Source: Selaginella moellendorffii (Eukaryota; Plantae; Lycopodiophyta). From it: a DNA stretch of 41,187 nt. A program made the position numbers and the translations under genes. Of the stretch, positions 20,416 through 35,045 are shown piece after piece. Location of the stretch: positions 606,592 to 647,778 of the forward strand of contig NW_003314364.1 in assembly GCF_000143415.4 (NCBI RefSeq). Direction: 5' to 3'. Position 1 is the stretch's first letter, and each line of letters opens with the position of its first letter. Below the pieces are notes generated by a model, which was not told the origin of the DNA, ran no database searches, and saw nothing but the letters and a program-made list of their open reading frames with translations.

Positions 20416-23400
20416 TATTACGATCCGGCACAAAAAGATAGAGATTTTGTCTCCCTAAACTATGCTATGTCACTTCTTGAGGTTCCTCACCACCCAATCA
20501 CCCCCGAGCTACTTTAAAAACTCCATTGTGCTGCCACTCCACTATGAGCCCTAGGGTAGGTTAAGTCCCTTACCTTAACATGCCTTAATATACCCTTACT
20601 AACATTGACCACATGGTCAAAGTTGGTGCCTAACAATTCTCCCCCCCCCCAAAATTCTTGTCCCAAGGAGGAGTTGTACTGGTGATCACCCTTTTTGGGG
20701 AACCCTACTCAAGCTCTTGATCCATCTTCCATAGCCATATACATCAAGAAGGCATTGGGCCCATCACTCCGAGATAGTACACCTTTCAACTAGTTGACAT
20801 AACATATTGGATAAATTTTCACCTCAACTGGCAGCTGCACCCGATAAGTCGGTTTACCAATGCACTCTAGCACTTCATATGGACCATTATATCAATGGGA
20901 AAGTTTGCCACTCTTCCCTATCTGTAAAGGCACCAAGGTGTTCTACTGCTCACTTGACGGAAAGATCATTCGCATAAAGACAAGATCACCCACCTTATAT
21001 TATTCCCGGAATTGGTAATGCTCATTAGTAAACTTCTCCGCTCTATCTTATGCTACTTGCAAATTCTGTTTGCACACCACTAGAATCTCATCAAGTTCTA
21101 TGGCCAGATCAATCACCTCATAATTAAGCTTATCTTGAATGTCCTTACTCAAATGCAATCCCAACTCCACCATTGTTTAGGGATGCCTTCCAAACATGGC
21201 AAAGTAAAGACTTAGCTTGGTTCCACTGTGTTATCTATTGTTGTAAGTAAATCACACCAACGGAAGATATAAATCCCACTGTTCTTGCCTTTGACCAACA
21301 CTATAATATAGCATATCCTCCACCATCTGATTCAGACACTTAGTTTGCCCATCTATCTGAGGATGATCTCCACTCAAGAGTTACAAAGTCACTTGCATAG
21401 CCTTCGTAAAGCTCTTCCAAAATCTATTTGTGATCTTTGAATCTCAATCATTAATAATATCCTCTGGCAAGCCAAAATCAGGAAAAAACCTTCTCCAAGT
21501 AGACTATAGCTAAGTTTGGGGTAGTGACAGTCTTTTGAAGAGCCAACAACCACACATACTTCATCAACCAATCCACTATGACCCATACTTGCTTCTTTTG
21601 CCTCTATGTGTGTGGCAAACAAGTGATGAAGTCCATAAAGATACTACACTAACAGCTCTAAGGAATAAGTAAAGGTTACACAACTCCCCCTAACTTCTCC
21701 CATGGCACCTTAACCCGTTGACAGAGCTTGCATGATTTACAATACTTGAGGATATCAGCCTTCTTATTCCTCCAATAAAAATTGCACTTAATCAACTCAT
21801 ACGTCTTCTTCCTCCCAAAATCACCAGCCTTCGGATGATCATGATAGTGGAATAAAACTTGAGTAATTAATGCATCCACCCGTGGCAAATATACATGGCT
21901 ATTGTAGTAGAGAATCCCATCCACCAATGAGAAAGGGGTTTGCATCTGGTCATGCAAAGAGGCCACCTCAGCATTCTGAGCCTAAGCATGATCAACCAAC
22001 TGCCCAAACTCGCTGTCCACCTTACTCAAATGATGACAAACTGTGTTTGTAATGCCATCACAGGACAAACACGAGATAAAACATCTGCCACCACATTTGA
22101 TTTTCCTGGATGATACTCAATAAGAAACTCCCCAAACTCCATGAGTTTAACCATCCAATGAGCTTGTCTAGTGTTCCACTCCTTTTGTGTGAAAAAATAC
22201 ACAAATGGTTTGTGATCTGTCAACACCACAAACACTGCACTATAAAGATAGTGCCGCCACATCTACAAAACATGAACAATAGAGAGTAACTCTTGCTCAT
22301 ATGTGGAATAGTGTTGTTCTGCGGGATTCAAAGTTTGACTCTCATATGCAATAGGCTATCCCTCTTGCATGATAACTCTTCCCAGTGCATAACCATTCAC
22401 ATCACATGTCACCTCGTAAGGTTTTGATGGATCAGCAAACCTTTAGCCTTGTAGTATCCAAGCTGACTGCAATGATGAAACCCTATCTATAATTTTTCAC
22501 AAAGAACTTCTGCTTCTTTGACCCTTTTGCATCCGAAGTAGTCACCACAGACTTCAACTTGTGGTGCTTGTTCCCATCCTTGTGTCCACAGCAATCATCA
22601 TGATGATTCTTGATAGAAGGACTCTATGAACACTTGTGATACTTGTGCTTGTCATTATCAAGTCGACGAGCCGCATCGAAAAGCTCCTCCAAGCTCTTTG
22701 TAGGCTGAGAATGATGCAAGTGTTGCCACATGCTCTCATTATGAAGGCCATTAATGAAGTAGGATTTGTTTTGATCTGGATCCTTCATTGGAACACAGCT
22801 AATCAAGTGAGTAAACTTCTCAATATAGTCTCTGAGCGTCATTTTCCCTTGCTAAAAATGTCAAAGTTCTGTGCAAGCATTCTCCACGTCATAGTGAGGG
22901 GCAAAATGTAAATGGAAAGCAGCCTCAAACTCATCCATGGTAGACACTGGTGGTTTCTTATCTGCAACATAAGACTCCTCAAGCCAATTCCACCACCAAA
23001 GACCTGCATCATACAAAACCATTGAAATAGCCACTAAAGCCTTTGCATCCAGAGTTCCCCTAGCGGCTAAGAACTTCTTCACATTGGCTAGCCAAGCGAG
23101 ACACTCATCCACACCACCATCACTGGAAAAGGTTGGAATCTTGAGTCGATCTACCAAGGAAAGCGTACTTGGAGCACTACCACATCTAGTCTTGAGTACC
23201 TCAACATGCTCATGCGTGGTATCTATCATGCCATGCATCTCGTCTTGCATCTCTTGCTGATTTTGGTTAAGGGCTCATAGCTCATGAACAACATCTTGAA
23301 TGGTCCAAACCTCCGCAACTCTATTGGCACCATCATCAGCACCACCATCAATAATAGAATTCTAGCATTCAGCTTGGTAGGCCATCGCAACCAACTCCTC

Positions 23401-23623
23401 TAATACCAATGTTATGATCCGGCAAAAAAGGACAGAGATCTAGTCTCCCTAGACTATGCTATGCCACCTCTTGACCACCCAACCACCCTTGAGCTACCTC
23501 AAAAGCTCCACTACACCGCCACTCCATTGTGGGCCCTAGGGTAGGTTAAATTCCTTACCCTAATATACCCTTGAGCCTCCCTTTGACCAACATTGATCAT
23601 GTGGTCAAAGCTGGTGCCTAACA
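20416..23623 (-). mobile_element. Internally deleted Ty3/gypsy LTR retrotransposon
   Basis: LTRs of ~215 bp lie at 20416-20635 and 23410-23623. A primer-binding site (TGGTATTAGAG) follows the 5' LTR and a poly-G PPT lies at ~20640. Gag is at 22624-23385, RNase H (WRHYL...LTDHKP) at 22026-22440, with integrase remnants beyond. Protease and RT are missing. Confidence 0.9.
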
Positions 23624-26187
23624 CCGGCCCTGGCCATGGTCATGCAGGACATGGCCGCAGAATGGGTTGGCTTGTAGCTAGAAGATTTTAAACCTAGTAA
23701 AGAAAAGAAAAACTAAAAATAGCATTGAATCCTGAAGGAGAAGGAGGGAGCTTTTGTCCCAAGATTGCACACATTTCCTGCTGGGAAGAAATGTCAAAGA
23801 AAAGTTCAAAAAGAAACTGTTGTATGTTCCTTGGCATCCCATATGTTTGCTAGTTGGATCCCTGGAAGGGTCTTGTCCAATTAAAGCTGCATGAACAATA
23901 TGAAACAAGAGAGTCAATCTTAGAAAAACTATTTTGAGATTTTCATAAAACCTATGTTCTTTGAAGGCCGATGATATTCCAGCCCTTATCCCTAATAACA
24001 TCATCCAAGAGAAATTCTGGGAGCATGAAAAGGCCTGTTGAAAACTCTGGCAAAGAAAGCTACAATTCAGAAGAGAGCAACATCTTACCTATTTGATTTG
24101 TTTACAAAGTCTAGCTCCACCACATTGGGAATAAACTTTCCACTCAACGGCTCAAGAAAATAATCTCTATGTTATTGTCCCAGCCAAGAAGATGAAGGAC
24201 TCAGCAAGAGTGTCATTGAGGATCTGTAAGTGAATTCAAATATGAACATCTTGCAAGAAATGAAAGGAAAAAAACCTCAAAATTGTGCAAAGAGATTGAT
24301 ATGAGTGATGATCTCATAAGCTTATACAACATTCTCAAGAATAGAGGAAAGTGAAACTTAATAGGTAAAATATATCTAGATGCTGGATTCCAGCCAAACA
24401 ATTGCCTGAATCCCCTATTATGAAGGCTAGAAGAAATCAGCATGGAAGAGGAAGGCAATGGGTACTCTTTGAGTGCTTGTGTCCCAAAAAACAAAAAGCC
24501 TAAAACATGTGATATCCAATGTAAATTTTTTTTCCATGTGTCACTATCCATACCATCCTTTTTTTAGTTTTGAATCTAGATTAGAATATATTGCCCTCGC
24601 TCTTTTAAATATACTAGCAGGGATCCCAGCTCCGCTGGGAAAAATAGAAAATGTTTTCAATCTGAAAAAATTGTAATTTTAGCAGCCTTGTTGGTTGTGC
24701 TATCTACTGCCTCCCTGCTTATGTAAAAGATCTTAAAATGATCATGCATTGAGACAATAAAGATCATGACAGAATATGAGACACACTTGTTCTTAGCCAT
24801 GCTATGAGTTTAAAAACATTCTTGATGTTCGTGTGTCGAGCGTGAAGAACACAACCAGCATGCCTTAATTCCATGGAACTTTCAGTTTGGTAGGAGATAT
24901 TGAACAAGGAGAACTCTGACTCAAGAAACTTTGCCATGCTTAGCAGGGGATGAGCAATTCTCACAGTCTACTTGGATGCATAACTCCATGTTTTTATTCT
25001 AGAAAATTTGGTTTTGTTATAACAGGTAGTTTTGTTCATATTAGGCTTCTGAGTTTGTGTTGAAGAATGGAGTGCACAGTGGATGGGCTGAAAAAGGTCA
25101 GAGACAACCTAGAGGAGGGAATTGTTCTGAGGATTACAAAATTGGATTCCAAACCTGGTGCTATTGCGGGAAAGATTTGTGTACTGATGGAAATGAAGTT
25201 ATGGAAGTATGTGGATCCTTTCATATGGCGAATGCCATTATTTCTTGGGCTATTCAAGAAAAAAGCCTCATAAAACTTTTTGATTATGCTTTTTCTGAGA
25301 TTGACAACAAACAGTAAGCATGTGTTTGTTTTTTCATTTTCTTTTCACATTTTTCACTTATGTACTGTATTGCTGAGCCTGCATCAACCGGAAGCTGGCC
25401 AGGATTAGGAAGGATGTGGAGCTCAAACTGACAAAGATTCCTTCAAAGTGGGACAAACTTGGAATGGCAAATTCCTATTCAAGGCTGCTTCCTGTGCTAG
25501 TCTGCAACGGAAAAAGGATCAACTCTTGCAAAAAAACAGTCGTACTCCAAACGTGGGTGGCACAGGACTACAAGCCAATTTGGCATGAGGCGAGTGTGCC
25601 GTCACCATATTGACAATCTATCACAAAGCCACCATATGCATATGCAAAACCCTCCCGGAGTGACAGATTTGAACCGCCATTTAAAATACTATATAACATT
25701 TTTGTGCACAACCGTTTCTAACAATATGTCACAATCTCAACTGTCAACTGTCCATGTTGCACACCACTGGATTGGAAAAGAGAATATCTATCCCCCGATG
25801 CCAATAGAAGCAGGAAGATCTTTTAGAAGTTAAAGAAGTACCTCTTTCCATAGGAAGACACACTTACCTTAAGCTTTTATGTTCGAGATAGATAAAATGA
25901 GAAATAGGAGTCAGCCTCTTCCCACGCTCTTCACCTTTGTGCCAGTGCAACAAGCTAATTTATTTTTATCTTTTTTTAACTTGACTTTGTCCTAAACACA
26001 TTTGCCCAGAGTAAATCCTGGTACTTTGATCTATTGCCAATGGTGGGCATTTCTGTTTTGCTATGGCTAACCTCTTAAAGAGATCAAGAGAAAGATATTG
26101 CATTACATATTTAAATAAAACAAAAGACAAAGAAGCAAGAAGTGTTTTAAACGAAACCGTGAAAGAGAATGTCTGACTAATATAATT

Positions 26188-27944
26188 TTATTTTTTTGCA
26201 AGGTTGCGCATTAGCTTGAGGTGCCTGACTTTCTGATGTTGCATACTCTCGAAAGTACCATAGTCTTCAATCAAGGTGTCCATGATACCTGTTACATATA
26301 AAGAAGAAAAAACTAAAGTTAAGCTAACAGCTAGCTACCTGAGCAGACATCAAACATTCCAAAATCCATGTATTCTGTATAGTGATGGATATACACCCGT
26401 TTTCTAAACAACATGTTGAACGAGTGTTTCATAGCTAACAGCCGATTCCTGAAAGATCTTGACACTAAGTATATAGATTCTGGGTGTAGATACCTGATGC
26501 AAGTGTTATTTGCAAGGCATACAAGGGACAGGGGTATTCCAGAAGCGGGCTGACGACAAACACCAACTTTAAAACCGCCAGTATTCCAGTGAATCTGTGA
26601 AATAGGAGTAAAAAGTTAGTACACAAAATTCAAATATACGAAACCATGTTTAGACGTTGGCTTGATCGGACGATACTCTCGTTTACATCCGAAATGCTAC
26701 ACGGTGTCCCTCTTAACAGAAATGCGCAATTAAAATATACAGATTCCAAAGGGTTAGATTTTATAAGATAATTGTCTTTTGAGAGAGCATCACTGAAAAG
26801 CTGAACAATGACAGACAGGATCAGCCATCATATACAATCCGAATTACAAAGACCTGATTAACGAGCTTTGTGTGCTGGTTGGGATGCCAGGGTAATTTCC
26901 CTAAATAATTAAATTTAGCAGGAAATTTGAAGAGCGTTGGGTTACCTTTAGGTGTAAAAAGTGCCATGCTTGATATGAGGTAATGTAAACGCGGATAGGG
27001 TATTAGATTTGTAGTAATTTCGTTCAAATCGACTGTCAAATACGAATTATACAAAATTGCAAAGAAATGCCAGGCATATTGCACCGTTAAGCTGGCCCTC
27101 AAAACGCATAGAACTGGTTAGATTCAAAAGCAGTGAAGAGACTAAAGCATTCATCGCGTCGAAAGGCGCCTTATTCCTTTTTTCTTCAGATGATTGACAT
27201 TTATGTTGGCCTTTTTTTCTGTTAAAGTCACAGTTACAATGAATTATTTTGAGCATGAAATCTGGAACCTAAGTATGTCTATAAGAGCCTGGTTTTCAAT
27301 TGGAAAAACACAATCCGCATGTTGAGTGAGGGATCCAATAGATAGAACACTAAATTAGGATGCGAGGTTTAGCATTTAATGAGCCTTTAAAGGTACCTGT
27401 TATAAGGAGATGTAATAACGTCGTCATCTGTGGATGGGAAAAGAGATGCAGAAAATCTAAAAACTTTCGGATAAGCATCCTATGCGGCATTCATTAATAC
27501 TTGTAAAAGATGTTATCGATGCAATTACATGCAAAAGTTCCAGAATGTAGCTTCCAAGACCAGAACCAGTTCCTCCTCCAAGTGAATGCAAGAGAAAAAA
27601 ACCCTGCAATGAACTGCAAATCTCTGCCTGGGGAAACCATTGTTTGAGGTTCATATTTCTTTTGTACCTCACGGCGTACTTTTTCAATAATAGTATCCGA
27701 GTACTTTGGACCGTAAAAGTTATGCCCATGAGCCCTTCACGGCAGCAAACAATGATTGTGGTTACGAATTCTCATTGATAATTATACCAGTTGTTTCCGG
27801 AGCCAGAGATATCTGTGATAAGCTGTGTTGAATTGAACAACTCGGATAAATTGCCCTAAAGAATTTTTAAAATTTTAGAAGAAAAATTTGTATGCAGACC
27901 CTTAAAAGCTGATTCACAACTCCTTCTTCCATATCCACTAAGAC
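26188..27944 (-). CDS. TUBE1: Epsilon-tubulin, multi-exon, 5' end missing
   Basis: Exons encode [113 protein letters not shown] and [11 protein letters not shown]. The stop codon is at 26188-26190. Confidence 0.92.
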
Positions 27945-29284
27945 TTCTGAATTGTAGCTTTCTTTGCCAGAGTTTTCAACAGGCCTTTTCATGCTCCCAG
28001 AATTTCTCTTGGATGATGTTATTAGGGATAAGGGCTGGAATATCATTGGCCTTCAAAGAACATAGGTTTTATGAAAATCTTAAAATAGTTTTTCTAAGAT
28101 TGACTCTCTTGTTTCATATTGTTCATGCAGCTTTAATTGGACAAGACCCTTCCAGTGATCCAACTAGCAAACATATGGGATGCCAAGGAAAATACAACAG
28201 TTTCTTTTTGAACTTTTCTTTGACATTTCTTCCCAGCAGGAAATGTGTGCAATCTTGGGACAAAAGCTCCCTCCTTCTCCTTCAGGATTCAATGCTATTT
28301 TTAGTTTTTTTTTCTTTACTAGGTTTAAAATCTTCTAGCTACAAGCCAACCATGTCCTGCATGACCATGGCCAGGGCCGGTGTTAGGCACCAGCTTTGAC
28401 CACATGATCAATGTTGGTCAAAGGGAGGCTCAAGGGTATATTAGGGTAAGGAATTTAACCTACCCTAGGGCCCACAATGGAGTGGCGGTGTAGTGGAGCT
28501 TTTGAGGTAGCTCAAGGGTGGTTGGGTGGTCAAGAGGTGGCATAGCATAGTCTAGGGAGACTAGATCTCTGTCCTTTTTTGCCGGATCATAACATTGGTA
28601 TTAGAGGAGTTGGTTGCGATGGCCTACCAAGCTGAATGCTGGAATTCTATTATTGATGGTGGTGCTGATGATGGTGCCAATAGAGTTGTGGAGGTTTGGA
28701 CCATTCAAGATGTTGTTCATGAGCTATGAGCCCTTAACCAAAATCAGCAAGAGATGCAAGACGAGATGCATGGCATGATGGATACCACGCATGACCATGT
28801 TGAGGTACTCAAGACTAGATGTGGTAGTGCTCCAAGTAAGCTTTCCTTGGTAGATCGACTCAAGATTCCAACCTTTTCCGGTGATGGTGGTGTGGATGAG
28901 TGTCTCGCTTGGCTAGCCAATGTGAAGAAGTTCTTAGCCGCTAGGGGAACTCTGGATGCAAAGGCTTTAGTGGCTATTTTAATAGTTTTGTATGATGCAG
29001 GTCTTTGGTGGTGGAATTGGCTTGAGGAGTCTTATGTTGCAGATAAGAAACCACCAGTGTCTACCATGGATGAGTTTGAGGCTGCTTTCCATTTACATTT
29101 TGCCCCTCACTATGACGTGGAGAATGCTTGCACAGAACTTTGACATTTTTAGCAAGGGAAAATGACGCTTGGAGACTATATTGAGAAGTTTACTCACTTG
29201 ATTAGCTGTGTTCCAATGAAGGATCCAGATCAAAACAAATCCTACTTCATTAATGGCCTTCATAATGAGAGCATGTGGCAACAC
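27944..29284 (+). repeat. Inverted duplicate of 22720-24073 (flank, 5' LTR and gag)
   Basis: Near-identical ORF pairs are 23678-24004 with 28013-28399, and 22861-23250 with 28754-29143. The copies differ by a few substitutions and a 12-bp indel. Confidence 0.95.
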
Positions 29285-32200
29285 GTGTGCTCAAGAGTAG
29301 CTCCCACTTTTAGAAGGGAAACTGACTGTGGTGCTCTTGGCTTATATGGAGTGGTGCCCCACTTAAGTACCTTGCGGCTCATTGGTCCTCGCCCTTCCTA
29401 GGGGCTTGGGCCTTCCCTTCAAGATGGAAGTGGGGGAGTAAGGGTACTCATACTGGGCTATTAGGCCATGGTGTTTCCCCTTGGTGTCCCGAAGAAAGTG
29501 TGGCATCCAAGGCTTGGGATTTAGAAGGTCCCATGATCAAGTCTTATCGTACTAAAGGATGTTAGGAATCTGGAGGTTTGGAGTGCTTGGCTGCTTGTGC
29601 CTGTGGGGAGTGTAGCCAAACCTTAAGTCCAGTCTAAACCAGACAGGGGGATTGGGAGTGATTTAGGAATTTGTGGATGGATGGTTAATGCTCTATTGCT
29701 TGTGTAGTGAGTAGTTGAAACCAAGTAGGACCAAGTAGGAGCGGGTACAATAGGCAGGAACCTTGGCGAAGGAACTTAGATAAGACCAAGGTAGTGTTAG
29801 TCGGATAGACAAGGTAAATTGGCAAATTGGAAAGGAAAAATTTGTGGCTTACAATTTGGTATTGGAGCTTTTTCCTCAATTTTAGTGAAGGATAGAAGCA
29901 AATTGCTGGGAGATGGCAAAGGCAGGGCGTTAACGAATCAAGGCGGAGACAGAACCTCCTCTAGAGCTGAAGCCTTCTGTCAAATAAGAGGCTATGGATG
30001 AGGAATCCTTGCATAAGAAGGACTCCAGTGAGGAAACTTCCAAACAAGAGTCCGGTAATGAAGTTTGGTTGTCCAAGGGTTAATTGGATATTCTAGAAGG
30101 ACAATTGGCTCAGACCAATGCTCTGCTAGAGACTCTCATATGCAAGCTAAAGCGTGATGAGAAGTGGAAGAAAAAGTAAAGGACTGTAGATGTTGTGGAC
30201 CCTTTGGCGGGGACTGAGGCAGAACCAAACAAGGTCAAACAAACCAAAGTGGAATTAATCCCTCAAGCAATTCCCAAGTACAAACCAAAGCCCCCACTAG
30301 TCTTCAAGGGAGTGAATGATTATAAGGTTGTGGAGTATTGGTTTAACAATATGGAGGATTACTTCCAAGTGTTGCGGTTACCAAGCTTATAGAAGGTCCC
30401 ATGTGCAAAAACCATACTTGGCAGATAATACTAAGTCTTGGTGGAGAACAACAAAGGTCAATGAAGGACCGTTGGCCACTTGGGAAATGATGAAGGTGAA
30501 AATCTGTGCAACTTATGTTCCTCCGAATGCTACTCTACACCTAAGGGATGAGTTGAGTAGGCTAAAGCAGACAAGAATTATTCAAGAGTATGTGAATGCA
30601 TTCATGGTGGAGAGGATCCTTGTCATGGATATGGTTGATATAGATGCATTCCATGCTTTCATATAAGGCTTACAGATATGGGCTCAAGGCAAGGTGATGT
30701 GTTGGAACCCAACTAACTACAAGGAAGCTTTAGATGCATCTATTAAGGTGCATTTCAATGATAACTTACGAGAATGGAACACAACAGTGTCAAGGTCCAT
30801 GTTTAGCAAAGGAAACACTTAACAAAGGTGTTTGAGAAACTAAAGGAACACAAGTTGTATACTAAAGAAAGTAAATGTGACTTTGCTCAACAAGAGTTAA
30901 AATTTTTTGGGCATAAGGTGGGCAAGGATGAGCTCAAGGTGGACCTTGAGAAGGTCCAAGCAATTCAGGAATGGGAGTGACCATCAAATGTACATGAGTT
31001 GAGGGCATTCTTTAGACTATGCAATTACTACTGAAAGTTTATCAAAAATTATTTTAGAGTAGCCTTGCTCTTAACGGACCAAACAACAAAAGGGAAGATG
31101 GTATGGACAATGGAATGCGAAGCAGCATTTGTCCACCTCAAAGGGACGTTGAGGAAGACTCCCGTGTTAGCATTACTAGACTTTGGTAAAGACTTCGAGG
31201 TAGAAATAGATGCTTCAAACTTTGCATTGGGTGTAATTTTGAAGCAGGACAACCATCTGGTAGCGTTCTTCTTGAAAGAGTTGGACAAAGCTTAGCAAAA
31301 GTGGCCTACCCATGAGAAGAAATTATTTATGGTGGTCAAGGCGCTTAAGGAGTGATAATACTACCTTGGGAGGCACTTCAAACTTTACATAGATAATATG
31401 GGAACAAAACACTTTTTGTCACAGCCTAACATAAGAGGATAGTGGGCCAATGCTTTGGCTAAGGTCGATTGCGAGATTCTGTATAAACCTAGGAAGAGCA
31501 ACATCATGGCAAATGCTCTAAATCAAAAGGTTAGCTTGAAGTTGGCGATATCCAGTGTGATAATAACCTTTTGGGATGATGTGTGGACAACATATGAGAA
31601 TGATGGTCTCACACAAGAAGTGTTGCTAAGGAACTAAGAGGCGCGGGATGCTCACTAGAGAGGTGAACTGCCAATGGAAGAGAAAATAGGTTATGTAAAA
31701 TACAATGGATTTATCTATTATAAATAAACAAGAGTGTATATTCCAAAAAGGGAACTAAGATAGGTAGCTTTAGAAGAGTGTCATGATAGACCTCTTCTAA
31801 GACACAGTAGAGTGCCCAAGATGATAGGCTTACTCAAGAGAAAGTATCACTGGCCAGACATAGCTAAGAATGTCCAAGACTATGTAAAGACATGTTCAAC
31901 ATGTCAGCAAGTCAAAGCCGTGAGTAAGGCTAGTGGGGGCTTGTTACAAAGCCTCCCAATTCCAGATTTCCATGGAAATGTTTTACGATGGACTTCATCA
32001 CAGGACTCCCCCAAAGTGAGGGGTTTGATGCGATATTTATGGTGGTGGACCAGTTTATGAAGATGGCATATTTCATACCCATCACAATAGAAGTGGATGT
32101 GGAAGTTGTGGCAAAGCTATTCTTCGAACAAGTGGTTCGAGTGCAGGGAAGGCCAAAAGAGATCATCTCAGATCGAGATAAGATCTTCACTAGTAGGTTC

Positions 32201-33982
32201 TAGAGAAATCTCTTAGAATAAAATTGCACCAAGTTAAAATTCAGCATAGCTTATCATCCATAGACAGGTATTGGGTATTAAGTCAAATTTGATGGCACTA
32301 ACACTTCTTGACAGACGGACAAACGAAAAGAGTGAATAGGCAACTGGAGGATTATTTCCGATGCTATGTCTCTGGAGATTAAATCGATTGGGTAAGTAAT
32401 TTAGGACTTGCAAAAATGTGCTATAACAAGTCACCACATTCGAGTATCGGGGTGAGTCCATGGGAAGTCATTAATGGGCTAGCTATTGAAGGTCTTGTGG
32501 AACTCGGCATGGCCGAGTATCATGGAGAGTTGCCTGTAGTGGAGGCATTCACAGCAAAAAGACTCAATATTTGGAATTTAGTGAGAGATTCCTTGGAATG
32601 GGCTTAACAAAGACAAACTAAGTATGCGGACCAAAAGAGTCGGGATGTAGAGTTCCATCCTGGGGAAAAGGTGTGGCTGAACACTAAGAACCTAAGGCTA
32701 CCAAGTGGGATTAACTAGAAGCTGACCCAAAGGTAAAAATGCATATATTCATGGATATGAGTTTCTTAAGCAGGTTTGTGGGGCCTTGCGAGATTGAGGC
32801 ACGAATTGGTAAGGTGGCTTACCACCTCTGACTTCCTCTAGAGATGGGGAAGATGCAACTTGTGTTCCATGTGAACTTACTCAAGCTGTACTTTGAGGAT
32901 CCGCTTTACAAGGCTAAGTAAGACCTTTACCTAAGGTTATCCAAGGGGAAGAAGAATATGAAGTCGAAGCCATCCTCAATGCGTGCAAGAGTAAGCAACA
33001 AAGATGTGAGGTGAGGGAGTTCCATGTGAAGTGGAAAGGGTTTCCAAACCATGAAACAACATGGGAACAAGAGGAGAATCTAGCAAATGCGTGGGACATA
33101 GTGGAGGAATTTTTGCAAGGTAGAACTCTATATACTTATGTAAAATTCAATTAAAAAATCTATTTTGAGAAATTGAGCAATATCATATGTTAGGACTCGA
33201 AGGCGTGCCCAAGATAAGCTAATAAGCATGGGTTAACTAGGTCGACCAAGCGTAGGGAACTAAGCCCGACTCCCCACAAGGATGTCGAATCCATAAAAGT
33301 ATTTTATAGAGGTTGGGTTCGAGTCCAAACCGTCTAGTAAAGCAAGGCTGTATTCAAGTCCCAACCCCATACTAAGGCGTGGTGAGGGGAGGGGTATAGG
33401 GACACTCATGGGCTCTTAGCCAGGAAAGCTAAGTTAGGCACACCGCTAAATAGGGGGATGCCCCTGGAGACATGGTTAATAAGTCATAAGATTAAAAAGA
33501 GACATTTGATGTGGGCATCAAACTTCTTCTATGGGTGCTAGAGTTGTAAGGAACCAACTCCCTAAGGTGTTGTAGGCTGAAGGATCCCCGAAAGCACAAT
33601 CAAAATGATAAAGAGTTCATCAGATGAGACCGAGTCTAAGATTGAGTTCAAGATTGACTTTGAGACCGAGTTCAAGACCGACTTTGAGATCAAGCCCGAG
33701 ACTGATTCTAAGACTGAGTCCTAAGGAAGTGCTCAAGAGCAACTCCCACTCTCGGAAGGGAAACTAACTATGGTGCTCCCGTGGGAGCACTATGGGAATC
33801 CGTGGATGGATGGTTAACGCTCCATTGCTTGTGCAATGAGTAGTTGAAACAAAGTAGGACTAAGTAAGAGCGGGTATAATAGACAGGAACCTTGGCAAGA
33901 GAACTTAGCTAAGGCCAAGGCAGTGTTGGTCAGATACACAAGGTAAGCTGGCAAATTGGAAAGGAAAAACTTGTGGCTTATA
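29285..33982 (+). mobile_element. Decayed chromovirus-type Ty3/gypsy LTR retrotransposon with truncated 5' LTR
   Basis: The partial 5' LTR ends at 29853 and is followed by the primer-binding site TGGTATTGGAGC. Gag, RT C-terminus, RNase H (IDASNFALG) and integrase (MDFITGLP, IISDRD) remnants follow. The chromodomain reads EYEVEAIL...VKWKGFPNHETTWE. The PPT is at 33381-33394 and the 3' LTR at 33395-33982. Confidence 0.9.
33625..33722 (+). repeat. Degenerate 12/24-bp tandem array within the 3' LTR
   Basis: Units resemble GAGACCGAGTTCAAGACCGACTTT. Confidence 0.7.
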
Positions 33983-35045
33983 TTATCCATCAATATTCTT
34001 TTTAGCCTTGGATTTTTTAGTGTTTATATCATCACCTACTACATGGGTATAACCTTTCTTGGTCAAAGTCCTCCCCCTACTATCTCATAGAAACTTACCC
34101 TAAGGGTATAGGAGACGATCACTTTGGACTTTTACCCCTCAGACTCAGATTTGGTCTTTACCTTAGTTATTAGCAACAAAGGAGAATGATTTGAAAAATG
34201 ATCTATTGAGGTTTAAATATAGAGGAAAAGAGCCCATGAATAAAAGTGCACCTTAGTTTTTAATTGGTTAATGGGTTGGGATGCTTAAAGTTAAAAATCA
34301 TTGGGTTTGAGTACTATTGGGCTAGGAAGTTCAAATTCAAGAGGTTACACTTGGTCTTAAACTCAATTTGAGTAGTATTGGGCTATGTGACCTCCTTGTA
34401 AGTTTAAATTTAAGAGTTTACATTTGGTCTCAAAGTCGATCTCAAACTTAGTTTTGGACTCAATTTAAGACTCAATCTTGACACTTTCATATGTCATGAC
34501 ACTTACAATGTATTGGTTATTCTTTTATCCCTTCCAAAGAGTCACTTCATGCTTGTTCCTCGAGTGCCTATTTAGGAGTTCCACTCTCACTTTTGACTTT
34601 TCAATTGCTCTAAATATGTCTCAAGAGAACACTCTGAAGATTTAAATTCTCAAGGATACTCTTAGATTCAAGATCACTATCTGTGTTGCCACTAGCAGGC
34701 CATGGAATGCTCACACACAAGCTCAAGGCCACCTTGTTGCCACTGGCAAGCCGTGAGATCTCTCTGGAAAACACTCTCCATTTTAAGTTCTAAGTTCTAC
34801 AAAGTTCTACTGTAGTGGTGTAAGCTCCTCTCTTCTCCATTTATGTGGTACATGGTTTCTCTAGCACCTAGTTTGTTACACCAAAATTGGAGTAATCATT
34901 GTGTGCTGATGATTTCTTTGAAAACCTTTGTTGGAAACTTCATTTCTTCATTAACATATGATCCAGTATCTCTTGCAGATGTAATAGTGTTTGCAAAGCA
35001 TTATGATGTGTACTTGGTCCATGAGCTTTAGATTTTGTTGCTTAA

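Noticed and set aside
20411-23628. 5-bp TSD for the gypsy element (CCCAC / CCGGC)
   Set aside because: Only 3 of 5 bases match.
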